Part shown: piece by piece, positions 9,901 to 20,342 of the stretch
Layout: each line of letters begins with the position of its first letter
Numbering within the stretch: position 1 is the stretch's first letter
Made by a program: the position numbers and the translations under genes
Notes under the pieces: model-generated
What the model was told of the DNA's origin: nothing
The model's database searches: none
The model's input: the letters and a program-made list of their open reading frames with translations, nothing else
DNA from: Chitinophagaceae bacterium
GTDB lineage: Bacteria > Bacteroidota > Bacteroidia > Chitinophagales > Chitinophagaceae
Assembly: GCA_016741945.1 (NCBI GenBank)
Contig: JACVCQ010000001.1
Span: 1-37,818, forward strand
Direction of reading: 5' to 3'
DNA: 37,818 nt

Positions 9901-10067
9901 GCTACGAGCTACGAGCCATGAGCTGCGAGCATTAGTTCTTATCAAATAAATTAGTCATCTGCCAACTCTTTACTTAAATAGAGAAGAAAGCAGCTCTGAA
10001 TAAATAAACGGTCAAAGATTAAGATTACTGATTTTAAATCAGACATCAGACATCCGAGATCATACAT
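9901..10067. repeat. Two 7-mer tandem arrays in the rpsJ-rplC spacer
   Basis: GCTACGA GCTACGA GCCATGA GCTGCGA (9901-9928); ATCAGAC ATCAGAC ATCCGAG ATCATAC (10038-10065). Confidence 0.8.
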
Positions 10068-10112
10068 ATAAACAGGCCCTTCGAGGTTTGTTTACTTCCG
10101 GTACTTCCAACG

Positions 10113-10179
10113 ACCACCATAGCTTTAGCGAAGGTGGTTAGCTAAAAAGCAACCCTCCTTCGCTAAAGCTACGGCGGGT
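10113..10179. repeat. Inverted pair of REP-like palindromes
   Basis: CCATAGCTTTAGCGAAGG faces CCTTCGCTAAAGCTACGG. Confidence 0.8.
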
Positions 10180-10270
10180 AAAGGGAAAAGGTCGGCAGCG
10201 AACAAGGATTGAATCCCGCTTCATCGGTGGGATGTCCTCTTTAACCTTGCGGGGCATAAACCGCAAAACG

Positions 10271-10888
10271 ATGAAAGGTATTATTGGTAAAAAAATCGGG
10301 ATGACCAGCATCTTCTCGGCAGATGGTAAGCAAACTGCTTGCACCATCATCGAAGCTGGTCCATGTACCGTAACACAGGTGAAGACCCAGGATACTGATG
10401 GTTACACCGCACTTCAATTGGCATTTGGCGACAAAAAAGAAAAGCACTCCACGAAAGCTGAGCTGAATCACTTCGCAAAAGCTCAAACAGCCGCCAAAAA
10501 ATTTGTAAAAGAATTCCGTAATTATTCCATAGAGAAAGCATTGGGAGAAACTGTTACTGTTGACATTTTCGCTGAAGGCGAAAGCGTTGAAGTAGTGGGT
10601 ACTACCAAGGGTAAGGGTTTCCAGGGTGTTGTAAAACGCCATGGTTTCTCGGGTGTGGGTGAGCAATCACACGGTCAGCATGATCGTCAGCGTGCACCGG
10701 GTTCTATCGGTGGTTCTTCTTATCCTTCACGCGTATTCAAGGGCATGAGAATGGCCGGACGTATGGGTGGTGACAGAGTAAAAATGAAGGGATTGAAAGT
10801 GGTGAAGATCTTCCCTGAAAAGAACTATATCCTGATCAGCGGTTCTGTTCCTGGTCATAACGGTTCAATCGTTTTAATCCAGAAGTAA
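10271..10888 (+). CDS. rplC: 50S ribosomal protein L3
   Basis: [12 protein letters not shown]…[14 protein letters not shown]…RAPGSIG; start at the ATG at 10271. Confidence 0.99.
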   Translation: MKGIIGKKIGMTSIFSADGKQTACTIIEAGPCTVTQVKTQDTDGYTALQLAFGDKKEKHSTKAELNHFAKAQTAAKKFVKEFRNYSIEKALGETVTVDIFAEGESVEVVGTTKGKGFQGVVKRHGFSGVGEQSHGQHDRQRAPGSIGGSSYPSRVFKGMRMAGRMGGDRVKMKGLKVVKIFPEKNYILISGSVPGHNGSIVLIQK

Positions 10889-10903
10889 TCACAACTTAAT
10901 TGA

Positions 10904-11542
10904 ATGACCATGCAAGTAGATGTATTAAATATAAAAGGACAGAAGACCGGCAGAACGGTTGAATTACCGGCTGAGGTTTTCGGTATCGAGCCAAATGATC
11001 ATGTGATCTACCTGGCTGTAAAACAGTACCTGGCTGCAGGCCGTCAAGGTACACACAAAGTAAAAACCCGTGCTGAAGTGCAGGGTGCTAGCCGTAAGCT
11101 GCACAAGCAAAAAGGTACCGGTGGTTCTCGTAAAGGTAATATCCGTAACCCTTTGTACAAGGGTGGTGGTACGATCTTCGGACCAAAACCTCACGCTTAC
11201 GATTTCAAATTGAATCGTAAAGTGAAAGACCTCGCTAAGATCTCTGCACTGAGCTACAAAGCAAAAGAAAGCGCGATCGTAGTGGTGGAAGATATTCAGA
11301 TGGACGCACCTAAAACCAAGCAATTGGTGGAAGTGATGAAGAACCTGAACATCGCAGATAAGAAAACACTGGTTGTATTACCGGAGTACAATGATAACCT
11401 GTACCTGAGCACTCGTAACGTACCCAATGTTGCCAGCACTTTATTGGCAGACATCAACACGTATGAGATCATGAATGCAGATGTACTCGTAATCACAGAA
11501 AACACTGCTAAAATCTTCGCAGACGAAGAGGCAGTAGCTTAA
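10904..11542 (+). CDS. rplD: 50S ribosomal protein L4
   Basis: RQGTHKVKTRAEV…QKGTGGSRKG…GGGTIFGP; the start may be 10910. Confidence 0.99.
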   Translation: MTMQVDVLNIKGQKTGRTVELPAEVFGIEPNDHVIYLAVKQYLAAGRQGTHKVKTRAEVQGASRKLHKQKGTGGSRKGNIRNPLYKGGGTIFGPKPHAYDFKLNRKVKDLAKISALSYKAKESAIVVVEDIQMDAPKTKQLVEVMKNLNIADKKTLVVLPEYNDNLYLSTRNVPNVASTLLADINTYEIMNADVLVITENTAKIFADEEAVA

Positions 11543-11571
11543 CCAATTAGAAACGTTTCAACCGAAATACA

Positions 11572-11871
11572 ATGAAACTGAGTGAAGTATTAGTAAAGCC
11601 TATTTTAACTGAGAAAGCAAATGCTCAACAAGAAAAGTTGAGAAGATACGCTTTCAAAGTAAATCGTAAGGCGAACAAACTCGAGATCAAAAAAGCAGTA
11701 GAAGAATTTTATGGTGTGAATGTGATCGATGTGAACACTGCTGTTGCTCCAGGTAAAAACAAAACCCGCTACACCAAAGCTGGTTTTATTCAGGGTGCGA
11801 AACCTGCTTACAAAAAAGCATTCGTAACCGTAGCCGAAGGAGAAGCAATTGATCTGTACGCTAACATTTAA
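11572..11871 (+). CDS. rplW: 50S ribosomal protein L23
   Basis: PILTEKA…ANKLEIKKAVE…YKKAFVT. Confidence 0.99.
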   Translation: MKLSEVLVKPILTEKANAQQEKLRRYAFKVNRKANKLEIKKAVEEFYGVNVIDVNTAVAPGKNKTRYTKAGFIQGAKPAYKKAFVTVAEGEAIDLYANI

Positions 11872-11996
11872 CCCTCAGCCCTGAAGAGGGCAAGCCCTAA
11901 AGGGGGCATGAGGTAGAATGATAAAGTATGGTAGTTCAACTACCGCAAAAGTTGATTAAAAAACAAAACCTAGTTTCCCTTTAGGAGCTAGGGGTA
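11872..11996. repeat. Degenerate CCCTAAAGGG-type palindromic repeats at both ends of the spacer
   Basis: CCCTCAGCCCTGAAGAGGG…GCCCTAAAGGGGG on the left; CCTAGTTTCCCTTTAGGAGCTAGGGG on the right. Confidence 0.6.
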
Positions 11997-12007
11997 AAAC
12001 AAAGAAA

Positions 12008-12847
12008 ATGGCACTGAAGAAGTACAAACCGATGACTGCCGGAACGCGCTGGAGAATCGGAAATGCTTATGCTGAGATCACTACTAACAAGCCTGAAAAG
12101 AGCTTGTTGGAGCCACAAAAGAAAACTGCAGGACGTAACTCACAGGGTCGTCGTGCAATGCGTTATATGGGTGGTGGTAGCAAGCAACATTATCGTATCA
12201 TCGATTTCAAAAGAAACAAGAGAGATATTGCTGCAACAGTAGTATCTATCGAATACGATCCGAACCGTACTGCGTTCATCGCATTGGTTCAATATACGGA
12301 TGGAGAGAAAAGATACATCATCGCTCCTCAGGGAATTCAGGTGGGTGCAAACATCATCGCTGGTGATGAAGTAGCTCCTGAGATCGGAAATGCTTTGATG
12401 ATGAAAAATATGCCACTGGGTACTATGATTCATAACATTGAATTGCAGCCCGGACAAGGTGGTAAAATGGTAAGAAGTGCCGGTGCATCTGCACAGTTGG
12501 CGAACAAAGAAGAGAAATACGCAGTATTGAAAATGCCTTCTGGCGAATTGCGTAAAGTATTGATCAACTGTTACGCAACTGTAGGTGTGGTTTCTAATAG
12601 CGACCATAACTTGGAAACAGCTGGTAAAGCAGGTAAGAATCGTTGGAAAGGTATCCGTCCACGTGTGCGTGGTGTTGCGATGAACCCGGTAGATCACCCA
12701 ATGGGTGGTGGTGAAGGTAAAGCTTCAGGTGGTCACCCACGTAGCAGAACCGGTAAGTATGCAAAAGGTGAGAAGACACGTACAAAAGGAAAAGGCAGTG
12801 ATAAACTGATCATCCAAAGAAGAGACGGTAAAAAATTAGCAAAATAA
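12008..12847 (+). CDS. rplB: 50S ribosomal protein L2
   Basis: [30 protein letters not shown]. Confidence 0.99.
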   Translation: MALKKYKPMTAGTRWRIGNAYAEITTNKPEKSLLEPQKKTAGRNSQGRRAMRYMGGGSKQHYRIIDFKRNKRDIAATVVSIEYDPNRTAFIALVQYTDGEKRYIIAPQGIQVGANIIAGDEVAPEIGNALMMKNMPLGTMIHNIELQPGQGGKMVRSAGASAQLANKEEKYAVLKMPSGELRKVLINCYATVGVVSNSDHNLETAGKAGKNRWKGIRPRVRGVAMNPVDHPMGGGEGKASGGHPRSRTGKYAKGEKTRTKGKGSDKLIIQRRDGKKLAK

Positions 12848-12889
12848 TATTTCCGATCTGATCGGAACCAATTTTCAAAATAACTCAAT

Positions 12890-13159
12890 ATGGGTCGTTC
12901 GATTAAAAAAGGTCCTTACGTTGATGCCAACTTAGAAGGTAAAGTTGAAGGTATGAATGATGGCAAAACCAAGAAAGGTGTAATTAAAACTTGGAGCCGT
13001 CGCAGTACCATTACTCCTGATTTTGTTGGACACACTTTTGCAGTGCACAACGGAAACAAGTTCATTCCTGTTTATGTAACCGAATTCATGGTAGGTCACA
13101 AACTGGGTGAATTTGCTCCAACACGCAACTTCAGAGGACACGCAGGAACTAAAAAGTAA
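12890..13159 (+). CDS. rpsS: 30S ribosomal protein S19
   Basis: RSIKKGPYV…TWSRRSTI…[11 protein letters not shown]. Confidence 0.99.
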   Translation: MGRSIKKGPYVDANLEGKVEGMNDGKTKKGVIKTWSRRSTITPDFVGHTFAVHNGNKFIPVYVTEFMVGHKLGEFAPTRNFRGHAGTKK

Positions 13160-13233
13160 TCACTTGGCGTAAAGCTGATGGCTGATAGCGAATAGCAGCA
13201 CCACCGGAAGCGATACCCTAAACAAATAAAGAA

Positions 13234-13578
13234 ATGGAAGCAGTAGCTAAACTGAACAATTATCCTACAGGGCCACGCAAAATGCGTTTGCTGGCTGATG
13301 TGATCCGTGGAATGGAGGTAGAGAAGGCATTGGCTATTCTCGAGCACCACCCACAGCACAATGCAGTGCCTTTGGCAAAATTGCTGAAGAGTGCCATCAG
13401 CAACTGGGAGCAAAAAAATAATGGCGCCAGTGCTGCAGACAGCAGTCTGGTGGTAAAAACTGTATTCGTTGACGGAGGTCGTGTACTGAAGCGTATGCGT
13501 CCAGCACCTCAAGGCCGTGGCTACAGGGTACGTAAGCGCAGTAACCATGTAACATTAATCGTAGATTCTAAAAACTAA
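13234..13578 (+). CDS. rplV: 50S ribosomal protein L22
   Basis: [13 protein letters not shown]…[10 protein letters not shown]…KRSNHVT. Confidence 0.99.
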   Translation: MEAVAKLNNYPTGPRKMRLLADVIRGMEVEKALAILEHHPQHNAVPLAKLLKSAISNWEQKNNGASAADSSLVVKTVFVDGGRVLKRMRPAPQGRGYRVRKRSNHVTLIVDSKN

Positions 13579-13593
13579 TTGTAAAACCACTAT

Positions 13594-14388
13594 ATGGGTC
13601 AGAAAGCAAATCCAATTGGTAACAGGTTAGGTATCATCCGCGGATGGGAAAGTAACTGGTATGGTAGTAAGAAAGACTATGCTACCAAGTTAATCGAGGA
13701 TCATAAGATCCGTACTTACCTGAACGCCCGTATCAACAAGGGCGGTATTGCCAAAATTGTAATAGAGCGTACCCTGGGTAAGCTGATCGGTACAATCCAC
13801 ACCTCTAAACCAGGTATCATCATCGGTAAAGGTGGTGGAGAAGTAGACCGTATCAAAGAAGAGTTGAAAAAATTAACCGGTAAGGAAGATGTACAGATCA
13901 ACATCCTGGAGATCCGTCGTCCTGAACTGGATGCTAATATCGTAGGAGATACTATCGCTCGTCAGATCGAGAATCGTATCAACTTCAAGCGTGCTACTAA
14001 GATGGCGATCGCTTCTACACTCAGAATGGGTGCTGAAGGTATCAAGATCAAGTTGAGTGGTCGTTTGGGTGGTGCTGAGATCGCTCGTAGCGAAGAGTTC
14101 AAACAGGGTCGTGTGCCTTTGCATACTTTCCGTATGGACATCGACTATGCAAACGTATATGCTCAAACTGTTTACGGTAAGATCGGTATCAAAGTATGGA
14201 TCTGTAAAGGTGAAGTACTTGGAAAGCGTGAACTGAATCCAAACTTCGTAGGTGGTAAGAATGATATGAGTGAAAGAAGAGGTGGTGAAGAAAGAGGCGG
14301 AGGACGCGGAGACAGAAGAGATGATCGCGGCGGTCGTGGTGGAGATAGAAGAGATAACCGCGGCGGAGGCGGAAGAGACAGAAGATAA
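13594..14388 (+). CDS. rpsC: 30S ribosomal protein S3
   Basis: [13 protein letters not shown]…[12 protein letters not shown]…VPLHTFR; R/G/D-rich C-terminal tail. Confidence 0.99.
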   Translation: MGQKANPIGNRLGIIRGWESNWYGSKKDYATKLIEDHKIRTYLNARINKGGIAKIVIERTLGKLIGTIHTSKPGIIIGKGGGEVDRIKEELKKLTGKEDVQINILEIRRPELDANIVGDTIARQIENRINFKRATKMAIASTLRMGAEGIKIKLSGRLGGAEIARSEEFKQGRVPLHTFRMDIDYANVYAQTVYGKIGIKVWICKGEVLGKRELNPNFVGGKNDMSERRGGEERGGGRGDRRDDRGGRGGDRRDNRGGGGRDRR

Positions 14389-14443
14389 TTTGAAAATCAA
14401 CCCATTTTCAAATTCAATTATTCAAATTTTCAAATTGTAATAA

Positions 14444-14863
14444 ATGTTACAGCCTAAAAGAAGTAAACACAGGAAACAGCAGAAAGGCCGCATTCGTGAA
14501 GTGGCTAAGCGTGGTACTTCCATTTCATTCGGTTCATTTGCTTTGAAAGCGATGGAACCCATCTGGTTAACCAACCGCCAGATCGAGTCTGCCCGTCAGG
14601 CAATGACCCGTGCTATGAAGCGTGAAGGTAATGTGTGGATCCGTGTATTTCCTGATAAGATCATTACCCGTAAGCCTCTTGAGGTAAGGATGGGTAAAGG
14701 TAAAGGTAACCCTGAATTCTGGGCTGCTGTAGTAGAACCAGGACGTATCATCTTCGAATGCGATGGTGTATCTCAGCAGGTAGCTCAAGAAGCGATGGAA
14801 CTCGCTGCTCAGAAGTTACCGATTAAAACCAAATTCATCGTAAGAAGAGACTTACAAGCTTAA
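14444..14863 (+). CDS. rplP: 50S ribosomal protein L16
   Basis: MLQPKR…EVRMGKGKG…KLPIKTKF. Confidence 0.99.
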   Translation: MLQPKRSKHRKQQKGRIREVAKRGTSISFGSFALKAMEPIWLTNRQIESARQAMTRAMKREGNVWIRVFPDKIITRKPLEVRMGKGKGNPEFWAAVVEPGRIIFECDGVSQQVAQEAMELAAQKLPIKTKFIVRRDLQA

Positions 14864-14880
14864 TTTTCAAATTGACCAAA

Positions 14881-15093
14881 ATGGCAAATAAAAAAGTTGA
14901 ATTCAATAAAGGTCTGAAAGACATGAATGTCGCAGATCTGCAGGCAAGAATTCAGGAAGATCAGTTAAGGCTGAAAAAATTAGAATTCGCACATGCAATT
15001 TCTCCATTGGAGAACCCGATGACTGTTCGTGGTTTGCGCAGAGATATTGCTCGTCTGAAGACTGAGTTGAAGAAAAAACAATTAGGAATTTAA
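14881..15093 (+). CDS. rpmC: 50S ribosomal protein L29
   Basis: LENPMTVRGLRRDIARLKT; position in the operon; ATG at 14881. Confidence 0.97.
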   Translation: MANKKVEFNKGLKDMNVADLQARIQEDQLRLKKLEFAHAISPLENPMTVRGLRRDIARLKTELKKKQLGI

Positions 15094-15175
15094 AGCTTCA
15101 GGCTTCAAGTTCCAAGCGACAAGCTTATCAAAAAAAACTTTGCTCACAGCTCATAGCTCGGAGCTCATAGCTTAA
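15093..15175. repeat. Paired 7-mer arrays in the rpmC-rpsQ spacer
   Basis: AAGCTTC AGGCTTC AAGTTCC AAGCGAC AAGCTTA … TGCTCAC AGCTCAT AGCTCGG AGCTCAT AGCTTAA. Confidence 0.8.
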
Positions 15176-15186
15176 AAAAATAAACA

Positions 15187-15447
15187 ATGGCTGAAGTAAG
15201 AAATTTACGCAAAACAAGGATCGGGGTTGTCACCAGCGATAAGATGGACAAGACCATCACTGTTGCGGTGGAAAGAAAAGTAAAACACCCTATCTACGGA
15301 AAGTTCGTAAAGAAAACCACAAAGTTCCATGCTCATGATGAAAAAAGTGAGTGCGGTATCGGCGATGTGGTTAAGATCATGGAAACTCGTCCGCTGAGCA
15401 AAACAAAGCGTTGGAGACTGGTTGAGATCGTAGAAAAAGCAAAATAA
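15187..15447 (+). CDS. rpsQ: 30S ribosomal protein S17
   Basis: [12 protein letters not shown]…HPIYGK…RPLSKTKRW. Confidence 0.99.
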   Translation: MAEVRNLRKTRIGVVTSDKMDKTITVAVERKVKHPIYGKFVKKTTKFHAHDEKSECGIGDVVKIMETRPLSKTKRWRLVEIVEKAK

Positions 15448-15567
15448 TAATAGTCCGCCTCAGGCGGATTCAAGCTGCAAGCTGCAAGAATTTGAGCTGT
15501 AGCCTCTGATAAATTGATAAAAAATCTGGCGAAGAAATTTCTAAGCCGGAAGCTAAAAGCTAAAACA

Positions 15568-15936
15568 ATGATTCAGCAAGAAAGTAGATTGAATGTAGCT
15601 GATAACAGTGGTGCTAAGGAAGTGCTTTGTATTAAAGTACTAGGTAACAGCGGTCAGGATTATGCCAAAATTGGTGATAAGATCGTTGTAACTGTAAAAG
15701 ATGCGATCCCTGCAGGTGGTATCAAAAAAGGTACTGTATCTAAAGCAGTAATCGTTCGTACCAAAAACAAATTGCGTCGTAAGGATGGTTCTTACATCCG
15801 CTTCGATGACAATGCAGTGGTATTACTGAACAACTCTGATGAGCCTCGTGGTACCCGTATCTTCGGACCAGTAGCAAGAGAGTTGCGCGATAAGGGATAC
15901 ATGAAAATTATTTCACTAGCTCCTGAGGTTCTTTAA
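15568..15936 (+). CDS. rplN: 50S ribosomal protein L14
   Basis: [17 protein letters not shown]…[12 protein letters not shown]; true ATG at 15568. Confidence 0.99.
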   Translation: MIQQESRLNVADNSGAKEVLCIKVLGNSGQDYAKIGDKIVVTVKDAIPAGGIKKGTVSKAVIVRTKNKLRRKDGSYIRFDDNAVVLLNNSDEPRGTRIFGPVARELRDKGYMKIISLAPEVL

Positions 15937-15945
15937 TAATAAATA

Positions 15946-16030
15946 AGCCGTTAGCTATTAGCTGTTAGCTACTGGCGATCGACATCATAATTTTGGTTAG
16001 CAATTGCTAACCGCTAAAAGCTAAAAGCTC
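15946..16030. repeat. Inverted pair of 7-mer arrays in the rplN-rplX spacer
   Basis: AGCCGTT AGCTATT AGCTGTT AGCTACT … AACCGCT AAAAGCT AAAAGCT. Confidence 0.8.
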
Positions 16031-16037
16031 AAAAAAG

Positions 16038-16376
16038 ATGAGTACAAGATTTAAACCCAAATTCAACATCAAAAAAGGAGATACCGTAGTGGTGATCGCC
16101 GGTGATGACAAGGACTTGAAAAAGCCCCGCAAGGTGTTGGAAGTTATCGTGGATAAAGGTCGTGTGGTAGTAGAAGGTGTGAATATCGTAACCAAACATA
16201 CCAAGCCTTCTGCGCAGAATACAAAGGGTGGTATCGTTAAGATTGAAGCACCGATCAACATCAGTAATGTGATGTTATGGGATGCTAAAACGAGCAGCGC
16301 TACCAAAGTAAAGCGTAATCGTGAAGAAGGTAAATTAGTTCGTATATCTAAAAAATCAGGGGAGGTAATCAAGTAA
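16038..16376 (+). CDS. rplX: 50S ribosomal protein L24
   Basis: [18 protein letters not shown] motif, EAPINISNV. Confidence 0.99.
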   Translation: MSTRFKPKFNIKKGDTVVVIAGDDKDLKKPRKVLEVIVDKGRVVVEGVNIVTKHTKPSAQNTKGGIVKIEAPINISNVMLWDAKTSSATKVKRNREEGKLVRISKKSGEVIK

Positions 16377-16951
16377 TGAGTACTGCAAAATACACTCCGA
16401 GATTAGCAGACAAGTACACCAAAGAGGTAGTACCTGCTTTAATGAAAAAGTTTGCTTACAAAACTGTAATGCAAGCTCCTAAGTTGGAAAAAATCTGTAT
16501 CAACCGTGGCGTAAATGGTGCGGTGAATGATAAGAAATTGGTAGACATCGCTGTAGATGAGCTGAACATGATCACTGGTCAGAAAGCAGTTCCTACCATG
16601 TCTAAAAAGGATATCTCCAACTTCAAACTCCGTAAAGGAATGCCAATCGGTGCTCGCGTAACACTGAGAGGAGAGAAGATGTATGAATTCTTAGACAGAT
16701 TGGTATCTGTTGCGTTACCTCGTGTACGTGACTTTAAAGGTATCAGCGATAAGGCGTTCGATGGTCGTGGTAACTATACATTAGGTGTTACTGAGCAGAT
16801 CATCTTCCCTGAGATCGATATCGATAAAGTGAATAGAATCACTGGTATGGATATCACTTTTGTAACTACTGCTCAAACCAACGAAGAAGCATATGAGTTA
16901 CTGAAAGAACTGGGTATGCCTTTCAAAGGAGCAAAAAAAGACAATAACTAA
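16376..16951 (+). CDS. rplE: 50S ribosomal protein L5
   Basis: ITGQKAV…FKLRKG…LPRVRDFKG…FPEI; TAATG overlap with rplX. Confidence 0.99.
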   Translation: MSTAKYTPRLADKYTKEVVPALMKKFAYKTVMQAPKLEKICINRGVNGAVNDKKLVDIAVDELNMITGQKAVPTMSKKDISNFKLRKGMPIGARVTLRGEKMYEFLDRLVSVALPRVRDFKGISDKAFDGRGNYTLGVTEQIIFPEIDIDKVNRITGMDITFVTTAQTNEEAYELLKELGMPFKGAKKDNN

Positions 16952-17019
16952 AAAGTAACTGGTAGCAGCCGGTTTGTAATCATCAAATCCGGAACCTACT
17001 CAAATCTAAACATAAAACA

Positions 17020-17289
17020 ATGGCAAAAGAATCAGTAAAAGCCAGACAAAGAAAGCGTGAAGCCTTGGTAGCCCAGTATGCAGAGAAGCGTGCAGCTCTA
17101 AAAGCAGCAGGTGATTATGCAGCATTGGATAAACTGCCTAAGAATGCGTCACCTGTTCGTTTAAAGAACCGTTGTCAGCTTACCGGACGTCCGAAAGGTT
17201 ATATGAGATACTTCGGTCTCTCAAGGGTAATCTTCCGTGATATGGCCCTGAATGGTAAAATTCCAGGTGTTAAAAAAGCAAGCTGGTAA
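17020..17289 (+). CDS. rpsN: 30S ribosomal protein S14 (89-aa form without the zinc-binding Cys set)
   Basis: [15 protein letters not shown]…FGLSR…IPGVKKASW. Confidence 0.99.
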   Translation: MAKESVKARQRKREALVAQYAEKRAALKAAGDYAALDKLPKNASPVRLKNRCQLTGRPKGYMRYFGLSRVIFRDMALNGKIPGVKKASW

Positions 17290-17358
17290 AACTACCCTGT
17301 CCCGATCAAGATCGGGAAATTGGTACAAAATTTTGAACACGAATTAATTCTAATAAAA

Positions 17359-17757
17359 ATGGTAACTGATCCTATAGCAGACTTCTTAACCAGAATCCGT
17401 AACGCACAGATGGCTGGTCACAGACTGGTAGAAATTCCTGCTTCTAATCTGAAAAAGCGTATGACAGAGATCCTGTACGAACAGGGTTACATCCTGAAAT
17501 ACAAATTTGAAGATGATAACAAACAAGGTCTGATTAAGATCGCGTTGAAATACGATCCTTCTACTAAACAACCTGCGATCCGCTCTCTGGAAAGAGTGAG
17601 CCGTCCGGGTCTGCGTCAATATGCTAAACCTGCAGAGATCAAAAGAGTGATCAATGGTTTGGGTGTGGCTATCCTGAGTACTTCTAAAGGTGTACTGACT
17701 GATAAGCAAGCAAAAGCGCAGAATGTGGGTGGTGAAGTTCTTTGCTACATCTCATAA
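17359..17757 (+). CDS. rpsH: 30S ribosomal protein S8
   Basis: MVTDPIADFLTRIRNA…RVSRPGLR…STSKG…GGEVLC; ATG at 17359. Confidence 0.99.
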   Translation: MVTDPIADFLTRIRNAQMAGHRLVEIPASNLKKRMTEILYEQGYILKYKFEDDNKQGLIKIALKYDPSTKQPAIRSLERVSRPGLRQYAKPAEIKRVINGLGVAILSTSKGVLTDKQAKAQNVGGEVLCYIS

Positions 17758-17845
17758 TTAAGTGATCGTCCTGTCTGACAATTAAGCTTTTAGTCGGAGC
17801 TGAACACGGTCAGGATTTTAGTTGAACAATAAAAAAGAAACGACT

Positions 17846-18400
17846 ATGTCTCGTATTGGAAAAAAACCGGTAACTATCCCAGCAGGTGTAACCATCACTG
17901 TTAGCAAGGAGAATGAAATTACTGTAAAAGGCCCGAAGGGTGAATTGAAGCAGCAGATCGATAGAGATATCACTGTTACTATCAAAGACAATGAAGTAGT
18001 ATTTGAACGTCCTACTGATCAGATCCGTCACCGCGCTATGCATGGCTTATACCGTGCACTGGTAAGTAACATGGTAAAAGGTGTTACTGAAGGTATCAAG
18101 AGAGAATTGGAGTTGGTGGGTGTGGGTTTCAAAGCCGCTAATACCGGAAACATTTTGGATCTGGCATTGGGTTACTCTCACAATATCATTTTCGAAGTTC
18201 CTAAAGAACTGAAAGTTGCTACGGTAACTGAAAAAGGTCAGAATCCAAAGATCTTGTTGGAAGGTATCGATAAGCAATTGATCGGTCAGGTAGCTGCTAA
18301 ATTGAGAAGCTTACGTAAGCCTGAACCATACAAAGGTAAGGGTGTGAAATACGCTGGTGAGATCCTGAGAAGAAAAGCAGGTAAAGCAGCAGGTAAATAA
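17846..18400 (+). CDS. rplF: 50S ribosomal protein L6
   Basis: MSRIGKKPV…PEPYKGKG; ATG at 17846. Confidence 0.99.
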   Translation: MSRIGKKPVTIPAGVTITVSKENEITVKGPKGELKQQIDRDITVTIKDNEVVFERPTDQIRHRAMHGLYRALVSNMVKGVTEGIKRELELVGVGFKAANTGNILDLALGYSHNIIFEVPKELKVATVTEKGQNPKILLEGIDKQLIGQVAAKLRSLRKPEPYKGKGVKYAGEILRRKAGKAAGK

Positions 18401-18405
18401 TAATT

Positions 18406-18438
18406 AGTCGATGGTCCATGGACCATGGTCTATGGACT
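18406..18438. repeat. Palindromic 7-mer array (RGTCCAT type)
   Basis: AGTCGAT GGTCCAT GGACCAT GGTCTAT GGACT. Confidence 0.85.
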
Positions 18439-18493
18439 GAAACAAGATGTTAAACATGCTTCCGGCCGAATCGGGAGTAACAAATAAAACAAA

Positions 18494-18844
18494 ATGGGTA
18501 AATTAATTCAAAGGCAAAAAATCAGATACCGCATTCGTAAGAAAGTGGCTGGTACAGCTGTTAAGCCACGCTTATCTGTATTCAGAAGCAATGCTGATAT
18601 TTATGCACAGTTGATCGATGATGATAATGGTCAAACACTGGCAGCAGCTTCATCTCGCGATAAAGATATCGCTGCTCAGAAAGTAACCAAGATCGAAAAA
18701 GCGAAACTGGTAGGTGCGGCAATCGCACGTAAAGCCACTGAACTGGGATTGAATACTGTAGTATTTGATCGTGGTGGTAATCTGTACCATGGCCGTGTTA
18801 AATCAGTAGCCGACGGTGCAAGAGAAGGTGGTCTGCAATTCTAA
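18494..18844 (+). CDS. rplR: 50S ribosomal protein L18
   Basis: PRLSVFRSN…VFDRGG…YHGRV…AREGGLQF. Confidence 0.99.
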   Translation: MGKLIQRQKIRYRIRKKVAGTAVKPRLSVFRSNADIYAQLIDDDNGQTLAAASSRDKDIAAQKVTKIEKAKLVGAAIARKATELGLNTVVFDRGGNLYHGRVKSVADGAREGGLQF

Positions 18845-18873
18845 TCTGCTAACAACAATTAATCGTTAGATAA

Positions 18874-19395
18874 ATGTCTAAAGTAAACGTAAATAAGGTA
18901 AAAGCCGGTGGCGACATGGAACTGAAAGAGAAAGTAGTTGCCATTAACCGTGTGGTGAAAACCACTAAAGGTGGACGTACCTTCAGCTTCTCAGCACTGG
19001 TAGTAGTGGGTAATGAAAGTGGTGTAGTTGGACAAGGTCTGGGTAAAGCAAAAGAAGTACAAGAAGCGATCACTAAAGGTATCGAAGATGCCAAAAAGAA
19101 TTTGGTGAAAGTACCTATCATGCATGGAACCATTCCTCACGATCAGTGGGCGAAAGATGGTGCTGCTAAAGTGCTGATTAAACCAGCTGCACATGGTGCG
19201 GGTGTGATCGCGGGAGGTAGCATGCGTGCTGTTCTGGAAAGTGCAGGTGTAACAGACGTACTGGCGAAAAGCCTGGGTTCTGCTAACCCTCACAACGTGG
19301 TAAAAGCCACCATCAAGGCGTTAAGCCTGTTGCGTGAACCCGTTCAGGTTGCTAAAACCCGTACGATCAAGCTGAGCAAAGTATTTAATGGATAA
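18874..19395 (+). CDS. rpsE: 30S ribosomal protein S5
   Basis: [23 protein letters not shown]…SLGSANP. Confidence 0.99.
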   Translation: MSKVNVNKVKAGGDMELKEKVVAINRVVKTTKGGRTFSFSALVVVGNESGVVGQGLGKAKEVQEAITKGIEDAKKNLVKVPIMHGTIPHDQWAKDGAAKVLIKPAAHGAGVIAGGSMRAVLESAGVTDVLAKSLGSANPHNVVKATIKALSLLREPVQVAKTRTIKLSKVFNG

Positions 19396-19407
19396 TCATT
19401 GGTTGTT

Positions 19408-19447
19408 AGTCCATAGTCCATGGTCCATGGTCTATGGACTATAGACT
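19408..19447. repeat. Palindromic 7-mer array (RGTCCAT type)
   Basis: AGTCCAT AGTCCAT GGTCCAT GGTCTAT GGACTAT AGACT. Confidence 0.85.
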
Positions 19448-19464
19448 AACTCAATAAAGTAGTT

Positions 19465-19647
19465 ATGAAAAAGATCAAGATCACACAGATTAAAAGCGGT
19501 ATCGACAGATCTGAGCGTCAAAAACAAACTTTGATCGCTTTGGGTTTGAAGAAATTGAATGCTTCAAGAGAAGTAGAAGCTACTCCTCAGATCCTGGGTA
19601 TGGTGAATAAAGTAAGCCACCTGGTGAAGGTTGAAGAGATCGCTTAA
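19465..19647 (+). CDS. rpmD: 50S ribosomal protein L30
   Basis: IKITQIKSGI…LGL…GMVNKVSHLV. Confidence 0.98.
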   Translation: MKKIKITQIKSGIDRSERQKQTLIALGLKKLNASREVEATPQILGMVNKVSHLVKVEEIA

Positions 19648-19815
19648 TCCAATCAGATAAGATAGAATTTGTTCCGTATCATATGGAATGAAAATGAGTC
19701 AATTTACTTGATTCATTTTCTGTTTATAAAAAATCAGAATTCTCTCTGTCACTGACAACACATTTTCAAATCATTTGCGAGGGGTGATTCCCCGAAAGTT
19801 CAAAATCAATACAAC

Positions 19816-20265
19816 ATGAAACTACACAATCTGAAACCTGCAGAAGGTTCTACACACAAGCAAAAACGTTTAGGTCGTGGTGAAGCATCCGGTAAGGGTG
19901 GTACATCTACAAAAGGTAACAAGGGTGGACAAAGCCGCGCGGGTTATAAGAGCAAGATGGCTCACGAAGGTGGTCAGATGCCTATACAGCGTCGTATCCC
20001 TAAGCGTGGATTCAAGAACAACAATCGTGTTGAATTCGTCGTATTCAACCTAGGTCAAATTGATCAATTGGTTGAGAAATATGGCTTCACTGAATTCAGC
20101 CTTGAAAATTTATACATCAATGGATTGATCAGCCGTACCGATAAAGTAAAAGTATTGGCCAACGGTGAACTGAAAGCTAAAGTATCTTTCAAAGTGAATG
20201 CAGCCAGCGAAAAAGCAAAAACTGCTATCGAAGCTGCAGGTGGTAGCGTTGAAATTATCAAGTAA
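19816..20265 (+). CDS. rplO: 50S ribosomal protein L15
   Basis: KRLGRG…EGGQMPIQRRIPKRGF…IEAAGG. Confidence 0.99.
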   Translation: MKLHNLKPAEGSTHKQKRLGRGEASGKGGTSTKGNKGGQSRAGYKSKMAHEGGQMPIQRRIPKRGFKNNNRVEFVVFNLGQIDQLVEKYGFTEFSLENLYINGLISRTDKVKVLANGELKAKVSFKVNAASEKAKTAIEAAGGSVEIIK

Positions 20266-20342
20266 TTTTTTCGTAACTTGCCAGACGCACAACGTGCGTC
20301 TTTTTTTGGTTTAAGACTATTAACGCTTACAATTGCATTCAA

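Noticed and set aside
14266-14388. R/G/D-rich repetitive tail of S3
   Set aside because: Low-complexity C-terminal tails are common in S3 proteins.
17020-17289. S14 lacking the zinc-binding cysteines
   Set aside because: The 89-aa C-minus form is usual in Bacteroidota.
9561-17845. N-terminal extensions in the ORF track for rpsJ, rplC, rplN, rpsH and rplF
   Set aside because: Conserved N-termini begin at downstream ATGs; the extensions run through promoter or repeat DNA.
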